Origin: Vicinamibacterales bacterium
GTDB lineage: Bacteria > Acidobacteriota > Vicinamibacteria > Vicinamibacterales > UBA2999
Assembly: GCA_035647075.1 (NCBI GenBank)
Contig: DASROF010000173.1
Span: forward strand, 14,721 to 78,720
DNA length: 64,000 nt
Reading direction: 5' to 3'
Each line of letters starts with the position of its first letter. Position 1 is the first letter of the stretch. The translations under genes and the position numbers were made by a program. The notes beneath the pieces are model-generated. The model saw nothing but the letters and a program-made list of their open reading frames with translations, was not told the DNA's origin and searched no databases. Shown one piece after another: positions 56,619 to 64,000 of this stretch.

Positions 56619-57212
56619 CTACGTACGGAATAGCTGCGTCGCGCGCGCGACGTACTTACCCACGACATCGCATTCGAGGTTCACCGTCGCACCAGCCTGC
56701 AACGAGCTCAGACTGGTGTGCGCCCAGGTGAACGGAATGATCATGACATCGAAATGGTCGGCGGCGAGGTTGGCGATAGTCAGGCTGACGCCATCCATGG
56801 CGACAGAGCCCTTCGGCACGAAATACACCGCCAACGCCGGGGAAAAGCCGACTTTCAGCCAGTGTGCGTCATCGTCTTCCCGCGCCTCGAGCACGGTGCC
56901 GATTCCGTCGACGTGACCCTGCACAAAATGGCCACCGAACCGGCCGTCGGCACGCATCGCGCGTTCAAGGTTCACCGCCTGGCCGTGTTGCAGGCCGGCA
57001 AGCGTGGTTACGCGCGCGGTCTCAGGGCCGATGTCTGCCGCGAATTCCGAGGCGTCCCGTTGCGCCACTGTCAGGCAGACACCGTTCACCGACACGCTCT
57101 CACCATGAGAGAGGTCGGGAGCGATCGCAGTCCGAATGCGGATGCGCAGCCCTGCGTCGGTCGCTCCCACGTGCCTAACCTCGCCGACGGCTTCAATGAG
57201 GCCGGTGAACAT
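56619..57212 (-). CDS. ribE: Riboflavin synthase (alpha subunit)
   Basis: MFTGLIEAVGEV.. with two internal lumazine-binding repeats (SVSVNGVCLTV / SVAMDGVSLTI). Confidence 0.9.
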   Translation of the reverse strand: MFTGLIEAVGEVRHVGATDAGLRIRIRTAIAPDLSHGESVSVNGVCLTVAQRDASEFAADIGPETARVTTLAGLQHGQAVNLERAMRADGRFGGHFVQGHVDGIGTVLEAREDDDAHWLKVGFSPALAVYFVPKGSVAMDGVSLTIANLAADHFDVMIIPFTWAHTSLSSLQAGATVNLECDVVGKYVARATQLFRT

Positions 57213-58266
57213 ACCCTTCGATCATGACATCTGGACCCAGCACCTCGACCCGTCGATCGAACAGCGCAAACGTGGAAAACGCGCGGCTCTCGAGCGCGAT
57301 ACCCTGCTCGCCAAGGGTGACCGGCGCCACAAGGAGTTGGACGTAGTCGACAAGCCGCGCGTCCCAGACGGCCGCATGGAGCGCCGACCCTCCTTCAATC
57401 ACGATGCTCTGCACGTCTCGGCGAAGCAACTCGCGCAGGGCCACCTCTATCTCAGCCGAATCAGGGGCCACAATCGCGGCACCTGCACGCTCGAGCGCTG
57501 CGGCGCGGGCGCCGGACTCACGAAGCATCATCGCCGTCGTCACGACGAGGATCGGCCCGGCAGAGAGTGTGGAGAAGATGCGCGCGGTCGGCGGTGTTCG
57601 CAACCGGCGGTCAAAGACGACCCGCGTCAGCGGCCGCTCGCGATACACCTCGCGAGCCGTCAGGCGTGGATCATCAACGAGAATCGTTTCCGACCCGACG
57701 CCGTCGGCGTCGACCCACGCCCGGTCATACTGTGCGCGCCTGACTGCGGCCGCCGACGTAATCTGCGTTCGTGCTCCCGCGCTCGCGCTGATGCGCCCGT
57801 CGATGCTGACGGCCGCCTTGATAATCACGAACGGTCGCCCGTCGCGGACAGATGTGAGGAAGGGCTGATTCAAACGCGCCGCGGCAGCACGTCCGACGCC
57901 GACGACGACCTCGATGCCGCGCTCGCGCAGTCGCGCCAGCCCGCGGCCATTGACCTCCGGAAACGGATCCTCCATCGCCGCGACGACCCGGCGAATGCCG
58001 GCAGCAATGATCCGCTCGGTGCACGGGCCGGTCCGCCCCTGATGGGAGCATGGCTCCAGCGTGCAGTACAACGTGGCGCCTCGAGCGGCGTCGCCGGCTT
58101 CGTCGAGCGCGTGCACTTCCGCGTGCGGCTCACCCGCCCGCTCGTGCGATCCCTGGCCGACGACGACGCCCTCGTCAGAGACGACGCACGCACCGACCAT
58201 CGGGTTCGGCGTGGTGCGTCCGAGACCGCGGCGTGCGCACTCCAGCGCGCGATTCATCCAGCACAT
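57193..58266 (-). CDS. ribD: Bifunctional riboflavin biosynthesis deaminase/reductase
   Basis: MNRALECARRGLGRTTPNPMVGACVV, HAEVHAL, and the zinc site CTLEPCSHQGRTGPC. Start is ATG 58266 or 58257. The longer track ORF overlaps ftsY. Confidence 0.9.
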   Translation of the reverse strand: MCWMNRALECARRGLGRTTPNPMVGACVVSDEGVVVGQGSHERAGEPHAEVHALDEAGDAARGATLYCTLEPCSHQGRTGPCTERIIAAGIRRVVAAMEDPFPEVNGRGLARLRERGIEVVVGVGRAAAARLNQPFLTSVRDGRPFVIIKAAVSIDGRISASAGARTQITSAAAVRRAQYDRAWVDADGVGSETILVDDPRLTAREVYRERPLTRVVFDRRLRTPPTARIFSTLSAGPILVVTTAMMLRESGARAAALERAGAAIVAPDSAEIEVALRELLRRDVQSIVIEGGSALHAAVWDARLVDYVQLLVAPVTLGEQGIALESRAFSTFALFDRRVEVLGPDVMIEGYVHRPH

Positions 58267-58294
58267 GTCAGTGGCGGTCGTCGCTACCACGTCG

Positions 58295-59218
58295 CTACCA
58301 CTTTTCCTGGAACAGCGCGTCGACGTATTCCTGAGCCGAAAACGGAATGAGATCGTCGAGACCCTCGCCGACGCCGACATACTTGATTGGCAGCTTGAGG
58401 TCGTGTGCAATGGCGACTGCCACGCCGCCTTTGGCGGTGCCGTCAAGTTTCGTCAGCACGATCCCGGTCACGCCAGCCACACTCGTGAACTCGCGGGCCT
58501 GCTGAACCCCATTCTGACCAACCGTGGCGTCGAGCACGAGCAACACTTCGTGCGGCGCGCCATCCGCGGCTCGCGCCGCCACCCGCCTGATCTTGTCCAG
58601 CTCGTTCATGAGGTTGACGCGGTTGTGCAGGCGGCCTGCCGTATCGATCAGGATCGGATTGCGATTCCGCGCCTTGCCGGACTGAATGGCATCGAATACG
58701 ACTGCGGCCGGATCCGACCCGTCTTTCGCGCGGATGATGTCGACGTCGGCTCGCTTGGCCCAGATTTCGAGCTGCTCGACGGCAGCGGCCCGGAACGTGT
58801 CCGCCGCACAAATCAGCGGCTGGTGGCCTTCGCTCTTCAGCAGATTTGCGAGCTTGCCGACGGTGGTGGTCTTCCCCGTCCCGTTGACGCCAACAATCAG
58901 CGTGACGTGCGGTGTGTGGCCATTCGACGGTGGTGATTCCACGGCGTCGAACACCTGCCGGATTTCGTCCTTCACCAGATCGCGGAGGCTCTCACCGCGG
59001 CGGCTGCGTGCTTTCACCGCGCCGACGATCCGTTCAGTGGCCGCAATGCCAACGTCCGCGGAGACGAGCAGTTCCTCCAACGCCTCGATGGTGTCGACAT
59101 CGACCGGCCTCGTTCGTTGTTCCGCCGTATCTGCGTGCTGGACGATCTCATCGAAACGCCCGAGGATCTGTTCCTTGGTGCGGCTGAGTCCTTCCTTGAG
59201 GCGATCGAAGAATCCCAA
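58295..59218 (-). CDS. ftsY: Signal recognition particle receptor FtsY
   Basis: VGVNGTGKTTTVGKLA, DTAGRLH, TKLDGTAKGG. Confidence 0.95.
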   Translation of the reverse strand: MGFFDRLKEGLSRTKEQILGRFDEIVQHADTAEQRTRPVDVDTIEALEELLVSADVGIAATERIVGAVKARSRRGESLRDLVKDEIRQVFDAVESPPSNGHTPHVTLIVGVNGTGKTTTVGKLANLLKSEGHQPLICAADTFRAAAVEQLEIWAKRADVDIIRAKDGSDPAAVVFDAIQSGKARNRNPILIDTAGRLHNRVNLMNELDKIRRVAARAADGAPHEVLLVLDATVGQNGVQQAREFTSVAGVTGIVLTKLDGTAKGGVAVAIAHDLKLPIKYVGVGEGLDDLIPFSAQEYVDALFQEKW

Positions 59219-59225
59219 TTGATGG

Positions 59226-60263
59226 CTACCCCAGTTCGGCTCGCTGTGGCCGAAGCATCAAGTCTTCCAGTGCGGTACGCGCGTCCTTGCGTCCTGCAAG
59301 CACCTCCTCGACCTGCGCGGTGATCGGCAGCTCGACGCCGACACGCGCCGCCAATGCCAGCGCGGCCTCCGTCGTGCGCACACCCTCAGCCACCATCTTC
59401 ATGCCCGCCAGGACGTCATGCAAGGCACGGCCGTGGGCCAACTCAACGCCGACGTGACGGTTGCGGCTGAGCGTGCCGTTACAGGTGAGCACGAGATCGC
59501 CGAGCCCGGCCAGCCCGGCGAGTGTGTCGCGCCGGGCACCGGCGGCACACGCCAGGCGCGAGATCTCCGCCAGGCCGCGTGTGATCAGGCCGGCCCGTGC
59601 ATTGTTCCCGAGGCCAAGGCCCTCCACCACCCCGGCGGCGATCGCAATCACGTTCTTCACCGCCCCGCCAATTTCCACGCCGACCACGTCATCGGTACCG
59701 TACAGCCGTAGATACGGCGAGCGGAATTCCGTTTGAACCCGCTGGACCGCCGCCGATTCCGTCGACGCTACGGACAAGGCCGTCGGCAGCTCGCGCGCAA
59801 CTTCCGCAGCGAAGCTGGGGCCGGACAGTACCGCAACGTGCACGTCAGGCCCGAGTTCCTGCGCGACGATCTCGGAGACCCGAAACAAGGTTCCCTGCTC
59901 GAGTCCCTTTGTGGCGCTGACGATGATCGATCCGCGCTGGATGTGCGGCGCGGCGCGCTTGAGAATGCTGCGCGTGCCGTGGGTCGGCGCAGCCGACACG
60001 ATAATCTCGGTCCCGGTCAGCGCCTCTTCCAGGCTGTCTGTGATCCGCAGCCCATCGGGAAAACTCACGTCGGCCAGATAGACAGCGTTGGCCCGCCGCT
60101 CGCGCATGTCCGCGACGAGTACCGGATCGCGCCCCCACAGCCACGCCTCGTGTCCACGTCGAGCGAGATGGATGGCCAGTGTGGTTCCCCACCCGCCCGC
60201 GCCGAGTACAGCTACGCGATCGATATCAGACGCCTCCCACGCGTCGTTCCGTCCCGGCCACAA
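59226..60263 (-). CDS. gpsA: NAD(P)H-dependent glycerol-3-phosphate dehydrogenase
   Basis: VAVLGAGGWGTTLAIHLA.. Rossmann N terminus, GpsA-like throughout. No ATG or GTG is suitably placed, so a TTG start at 60263 is inferred. The track start 60377 runs through the plsY remnant. Confidence 0.85.
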   Translation of the reverse strand: MWPGRNDAWEASDIDRVAVLGAGGWGTTLAIHLARRGHEAWLWGRDPVLVADMRERRANAVYLADVSFPDGLRITDSLEEALTGTEIIVSAAPTHGTRSILKRAAPHIQRGSIIVSATKGLEQGTLFRVSEIVAQELGPDVHVAVLSGPSFAAEVARELPTALSVASTESAAVQRVQTEFRSPYLRLYGTDDVVGVEIGGAVKNVIAIAAGVVEGLGLGNNARAGLITRGLAEISRLACAAGARRDTLAGLAGLGDLVLTCNGTLSRNRHVGVELAHGRALHDVLAGMKMVAEGVRTTEAALALAARVGVELPITAQVEEVLAGRKDARTALEDLMLRPQRAELG

Positions 60264-60514
60264 TCCGTGCGATGTTGCCGCGATGGCGAACCAGGATAAT
60301 CGCCACCGCCACCGGCGCAAGAGAGACAGCGGCGATGCGCTCGGCGAGCAGCACCGACACCGCGCCCCTGAAACCATCGAGCATCATCGCCAGCGGAGGT
60401 CGACGTCGCGGGCCAGGGCACCGCGACACGGGAGGCCGTCACGCCGCGCCAGCAGAAACGCAAACGGAAGCGACCCGATGAAGTAGCCGCACAGATGACG
60501 ATGAACGCATTCAT
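60212..60514 (-). pseudogene. plsY: Decayed remnant of glycerol-3-phosphate acyltransferase PlsY
   Basis: PlsY-like pieces sit in three frames: MNAFIVICAA (frame 1), YFIGSLPFAFLLARR (frame 2), and LDGFRGAVSVLLAE..AIILVRHRGNIARIVAGTERRV (frame 3). The remnant is about 300 nt, versus the roughly 600 nt expected. The GSGNxGATN block and central TM helices are absent. The ATG still overlaps the thpR TGA. Confidence 0.6.
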
Positions 60515-61092
60515 GTCGAGGGACCAGCCCGCAGCGCCGTACGTTGCAGCGCCACATACGTCGGACCTTTCGGCGACAGCCGGCTCTCGAACAGTGTAAT
60601 CGCGTCTACGGGCGTGGTCCCGAGCGCGAGATCGTTCAGCGGCCCGACGAGGGCCGGCGACCGCAATCCTGCTGCGTCGCGCACCCGCGCCAGCGTGAGA
60701 TGCGGGTTGAATGGCCGTTCTTCCGGGGGCACACCGGCCACGGCCAGCCGATCGTTGACAAGCGTCTCGAGCGCCATGAGTCGGGGACGTCCCGCCGTCA
60801 GCCCCGCCCAGATCACACGCGGGCCGCCCGTACGCGGAAACGTGCCGACGCCAGCGATGGTCAGGTCAAACCGCTCGCCGAGCGGCTCTGACAACATCGT
60901 GCGAACAGCGTCCGCCTTCGACTCCTCAACGTGTCCGATGAATCGAATGGTGATGTGGAGGCGCTCCGCGGTTACCCAGGTGATGCGAGATTGCGGCGCC
61001 AGCCGCGCGGCCGTCGCCCTCAGGCGTGAAATCAGATCGAGGATGGTCGTCGCGACCGTGCCTGAGATCTCGAGCGCCACAAACAAGCGCAT
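60511..61092 (-). CDS. thpR: RNA 2',3'-cyclic phosphodiesterase (ThpR/LigT, 2H family)
   Basis: Two HxTx motifs (HITIRF and HLTLAR) at the expected spacing. Confidence 0.85.
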   Translation of the reverse strand: MRLFVALEISGTVATTILDLISRLRATAARLAPQSRITWVTAERLHITIRFIGHVEESKADAVRTMLSEPLGERFDLTIAGVGTFPRTGGPRVIWAGLTAGRPRLMALETLVNDRLAVAGVPPEERPFNPHLTLARVRDAAGLRSPALVGPLNDLALGTTPVDAITLFESRLSPKGPTYVALQRTALRAGPST

Positions 61093-61109
61093 GCGTACGC
61101 CCCGTCGCT

Positions 61110-62381
61110 TCAGGAGCTGGACAACAGCAAGCGGCGCACCATATCGAGCGCGGCCTGCGACGCCTGAAACTTCACCTGCTCGCGTTCGCCGTGAAACCGG
61201 AACGTCCGAACGCGTGTCGTCGATCCGACCACCGCAGCGATCGCCACAGTGCCGACCGGCTTCTCAGCAGAACCGCCGCCAGGCCCGGCAATCCCCGTGA
61301 CGCCAAGAGCAACATCGACACCGGCGGACGCACGCGCACCTTCCGCCATCGCGATCGCCACCGGTTCGCTCACCGCCCCGTGTTCCTCAATCAGGAGTTG
61401 CGACACACCGAGCAATTCCGTCTTGGCCTCGTTCGCATAGGCGACAACGGCCCGTTCCACGTATCGCGAGCTGCCCGCCACATCGGTCAGCCGTGAACTC
61501 ACCAGCCCACCGGTGCACGATTCCCCAAGTGCAATCCGATACCGACGAGCAGCGAGCATTTCACCAACCACCGCCTCCATCGACTTTCCGTCAGTGCTGA
61601 AGACGTCCTCACCGAGCACGGCGCATACCCGCTGCACCGCTGTTTCGAGAACTGACCTCGCGGCGTCAGCGGATGATGATCTCGCCGAGACGTGCAGCTC
61701 GATTTGGCCCAGCGCTGCCAGGATGGTTGCGCTGATGCGCGGCGTCGCCTGCTCCCATTCCCGATACAGCGGCTGCAGAGCCTCATCCGTCTGCGACTCG
61801 ATCCGACCCGCGATCTTCAGCACGCGTCGAATGAGCGGCGCGCCGGCGGCACGCGCACCCAGCGGTCCGTCCACGAGCGTCTCGAGCATCGGCCGAAGCT
61901 CCCGCGGCGGGCCGGGCAACAGAAGAACGACCGCATCACCGTCGTCCAGCCACAGCCCCGGCGCGCTGCCACGCGAGTTCTCAATGACCACCGCGCCGTC
62001 GGGAACCATGGCCTGTCGCCGGTTGATCTCGGGCATCGGCCCTTGGTACCCGCGGGCCGCAAAACGCACACGCATCCGCTCGGTCATCGCAACGTCCTCG
62101 GCGAGCGTTCGCCCCAGCGTTGCCGCCACCACCTCACGCGTGACATCGTCGTCTGTGGGGCCAAGCCCGCCGCTGAACACCACCAGATCGGTGCGCTCGC
62201 GTGCCGAGCCAAACAGGTGAGCCAGCTCTTCGCGATCGTCGCCCGCGACGCCTTTCATCACGACCTCGATGCCGAGCGCGTTCAGCTTCTCGGTGATGAA
62301 CAGTGAATTCGTGTCCATACGAAGCGGCGTCAGCAGCTCGCTGCCGACGGCAATAATCGCCGCGCGGGTCAGTGGTTTCAC
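61110..62381 (-). CDS. cinA: CinA family protein (MoCF-like domain plus nicotinamide-nucleotide amidohydrolase PncC domain)
   Basis: AAIIAVGSELLTPLRMDTNSLFITEKL.. at the N terminus and ..ESCTGGLV..GVTGIAGPGGGS.. at the C terminus. The GTG start 62381 overlaps the pgpA TGA (GTGA). Confidence 0.85.
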   Translation of the reverse strand: MKPLTRAAIIAVGSELLTPLRMDTNSLFITEKLNALGIEVVMKGVAGDDREELAHLFGSARERTDLVVFSGGLGPTDDDVTREVVAATLGRTLAEDVAMTERMRVRFAARGYQGPMPEINRRQAMVPDGAVVIENSRGSAPGLWLDDGDAVVLLLPGPPRELRPMLETLVDGPLGARAAGAPLIRRVLKIAGRIESQTDEALQPLYREWEQATPRISATILAALGQIELHVSARSSSADAARSVLETAVQRVCAVLGEDVFSTDGKSMEAVVGEMLAARRYRIALGESCTGGLVSSRLTDVAGSSRYVERAVVAYANEAKTELLGVSQLLIEEHGAVSEPVAIAMAEGARASAGVDVALGVTGIAGPGGGSAEKPVGTVAIAAVVGSTTRVRTFRFHGEREQVKFQASQAALDMVRRLLLSSS

Positions 62382-62881
62382 ACGAGCCACCCGAGCGGCG
62401 TCACCCAGATCAACAGGCGCATGACGACGTTGCCGTAAATCGCCGCCATTCCGTCGTCCGCCATCACGCCCCAGCCGCCCGGCAGTTTTTCGAAGCGGCC
62501 CGACGGCCACGGCTTGACGACATCGAGGACGCGAAACACCAGGAATCCGACCAGTGCGCCGGTGACGGTGACCGGCAGGAACGCAAGCGTGATCAGCATG
62601 CCGGCGACTTCGTCCATCACGATCGGACCAGGATCGGTACCGCCGAAGTACCGTTCTGCCAGGCCGGCACTCCACACTCCTACCGCAAACAGGGTCACGA
62701 TGGTGGCCAGCTCGATCGCAGACGAACCGGTGGCACGCACGGCCACGAAAGCCGCCAGGCCAGCAGCCGACCCGAACGTACCGGGAGCCGTCGGAGCATA
62801 GCCGACGTACGCGCACGTCGCGATGAAGACAGCAAGGCGGTCGACCGGGGAGTGGCCGCGTGGTTCCGGCCCGCTATCTGA
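62378..62881 (-). CDS. pgpA: Phosphatidylglycerophosphatase A
   Basis: VGYAPTAPGTFGSAAG.., ..IVMDEVAGM.., ..FRVLDVVKPWP.. A TTG start at 62881 is inferred, 8 nt after the upstream TAA. Confidence 0.8.
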   Translation of the reverse strand, partial: SDSGPEPRGHSPVDRLAVFIATCAYVGYAPTAPGTFGSAAGLAAFVAVRATGSSAIELATIVTLFAVGVWSAGLAERYFGGTDPGPIVMDEVAGMLITLAFLPVTVTGALVGFLVFRVLDVVKPWPSGRFEKLPGGWGVMADDGMAAIYGNVVMRLLIWVTPLGWLV

Positions 62882-62891
62882 CAACGGGTGA

Positions 62892-63935
62892 TTACTCGTG
62901 AAGCGGACCCACGACGCGAGTACCCGCGACGCGATCGTGGAGAGTGCGTCGATCACCGGCGAAGAGCGCCGGCGCAAAGCCGATTCCCACGGTTGCCACT
63001 GAAGCCAGTGCGGCGAGTGTCCGCTGCACGGCCCGTGATGGCTCGACCTCTCGGTTGTCTTCCGCGACGACGCGAATCCCGGTGGCCATCTTACCCACCG
63101 TCTGACCGCCCAACGCCGTAAAGACGCTGAAGTACGAGCCCTTCACCATCAGCAGAAACAACGCGAGAGGAAGGACGGGAATCGCCTGCCACGAAGAGAG
63201 GGGTACGCCCGCGATCTGGAATGTGAAATAGATCACGACCGCGTCGATCGACAACAGGATCAGGTGATCGAGGGCAGCCGCAATCATCCGCCGCATCGGT
63301 CCGCTGACGTCGAGCTGGGGTGCAGCGGCTGGTCGGGGGGCGCCCACAACTGGCGTCGCAGCCGCGGGCAACGGCGCCATTGATGTGGACTCCTCAGCAA
63401 ATGCGAGGACTGGATCTGACTCCGGGTCGCCGTGCACCTTGCGCACGGGTTTCGGCACAGGCCGCAGGCGTGGCTTGTCTGGCGTGCGGCGCACGGCCAG
63501 CGGTGCTCTGGGCGCGGGCGGAAGCTTGATGAGCGGCTCATCCCCATCCGCTCCGCTCGGATGGAACAGCGGCAACGCCGGGGTCGAACGCGAGAGGACG
63601 CGCGGTCCCGGCTGCGTGGCGGCGGTCGCATTCGACACAGGAGCCGGAGCAGACGGAATGGGCTGACTCACCGGCAGAGCCAACACTGGTCGTTCCAGCG
63701 TCATCGACGCCAGCGGGTCCGCAACCGGCGACGATGTGGCGACAGGTCGCACCGTGTCAAGGCGCGCTTCCAGCTGATTCAGCCAGCGATCGGCATCACG
63801 GCGCACCGGCTCCGGTTCACGAAGCAGCAGCTCCGGCTCAGTCGGCACCGTGACAGCAAGAGAAAAGTCGTATCCGCAGTTCCGGCACCGATCGCCGGTT
63901 TCGAACCCGAGGTACTCGCATTTCGGGCACTTCAT
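62892..63935 (-). CDS. RDD-family membrane protein with an N-terminal zinc ribbon and a long Pro/Ala-rich linker
   Basis: MKCPKCEYLGFETGDRCRNCGY (CxxC..CxxC), a linker of about 200 aa rich in Pro and Ala, then the RDD domain (RRMIAAALDHLILLSID..GQTVGKMATGIRVV). Confidence 0.75.
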   Translation of the reverse strand: MKCPKCEYLGFETGDRCRNCGYDFSLAVTVPTEPELLLREPEPVRRDADRWLNQLEARLDTVRPVATSSPVADPLASMTLERPVLALPVSQPIPSAPAPVSNATAATQPGPRVLSRSTPALPLFHPSGADGDEPLIKLPPAPRAPLAVRRTPDKPRLRPVPKPVRKVHGDPESDPVLAFAEESTSMAPLPAAATPVVGAPRPAAAPQLDVSGPMRRMIAAALDHLILLSIDAVVIYFTFQIAGVPLSSWQAIPVLPLALFLLMVKGSYFSVFTALGGQTVGKMATGIRVVAEDNREVEPSRAVQRTLAALASVATVGIGFAPALFAGDRRTLHDRVAGTRVVGPLHE

Positions 63936-64000
63936 CGGATGGTCTCCTCTGCGGCTGGTGAGGTGGGCAGCGTGACGAGGAGGGCGGCCTGAATCGCAGC

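Overview
High-GC, very gene-dense bacterial chromosome segment. It is most likely Acidobacteriota, because two tandem secreted proteins carry the N-terminal signature I associate with the VWFA-related Acidobacterial domain family. I can support about 70 CDS, one tRNA-Ala(CGC), two probable pseudogenes (a frameshifted thiE and a decayed plsY) and several intergenic repeat or hairpin elements. I saw no rRNA, CRISPR array, transposase, integrase or recognisable defence genes. Most of the window is housekeeping. The + strand carries livHMGF, rplM-rpsI-rpsB-tsf-pyrH-frr and a GHMP kinase-polX pair. The - strand carries accBC-pepP, pilMNOPQ, pfk, murA, the murB-pxpBC-mpl-ldcA-nagZ cluster, the ffh-rpsP-KH-rimM-trmD-rplS-rnhB cluster, ribD-ribE-ribBA, and ftsY-gpsA-thpR-cinA-pgpA. 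Regions that known biology does not explain: (1) a peptidoglycan-recycling / UDP-MurNAc supercluster with an embedded fused PxpB-PxpC gene and no PxpA, plus a 25-nt motif at the same distance upstream of both murA and nagZ. (2) A symmetric divergent nagZ/GHMP-kinase promoter whose -10 boxes lie inside an inverted repeat and imply leaderless mRNAs. (3) A TPR / small membrane / ThiE-like / HTH-TM / HEAT-like five-gene unit. (4) A PolX-derived PHP protein with a dead polymerase core, in an apparent operon with DUF2723, LolA and an alpha/beta hydrolase split by a membrane domain. (5) Tandem VWFA-related paralogs. (6) Two lipoproteins appended to pilQ. (7) An ECF sigma four-gene overlapping operon. 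(8) A family of roughly 35-nt degenerate heptamer arrays and a REP-like hairpin in intergenic spacers. All functional calls come from reading the translated ORFs by eye. No database search was run.
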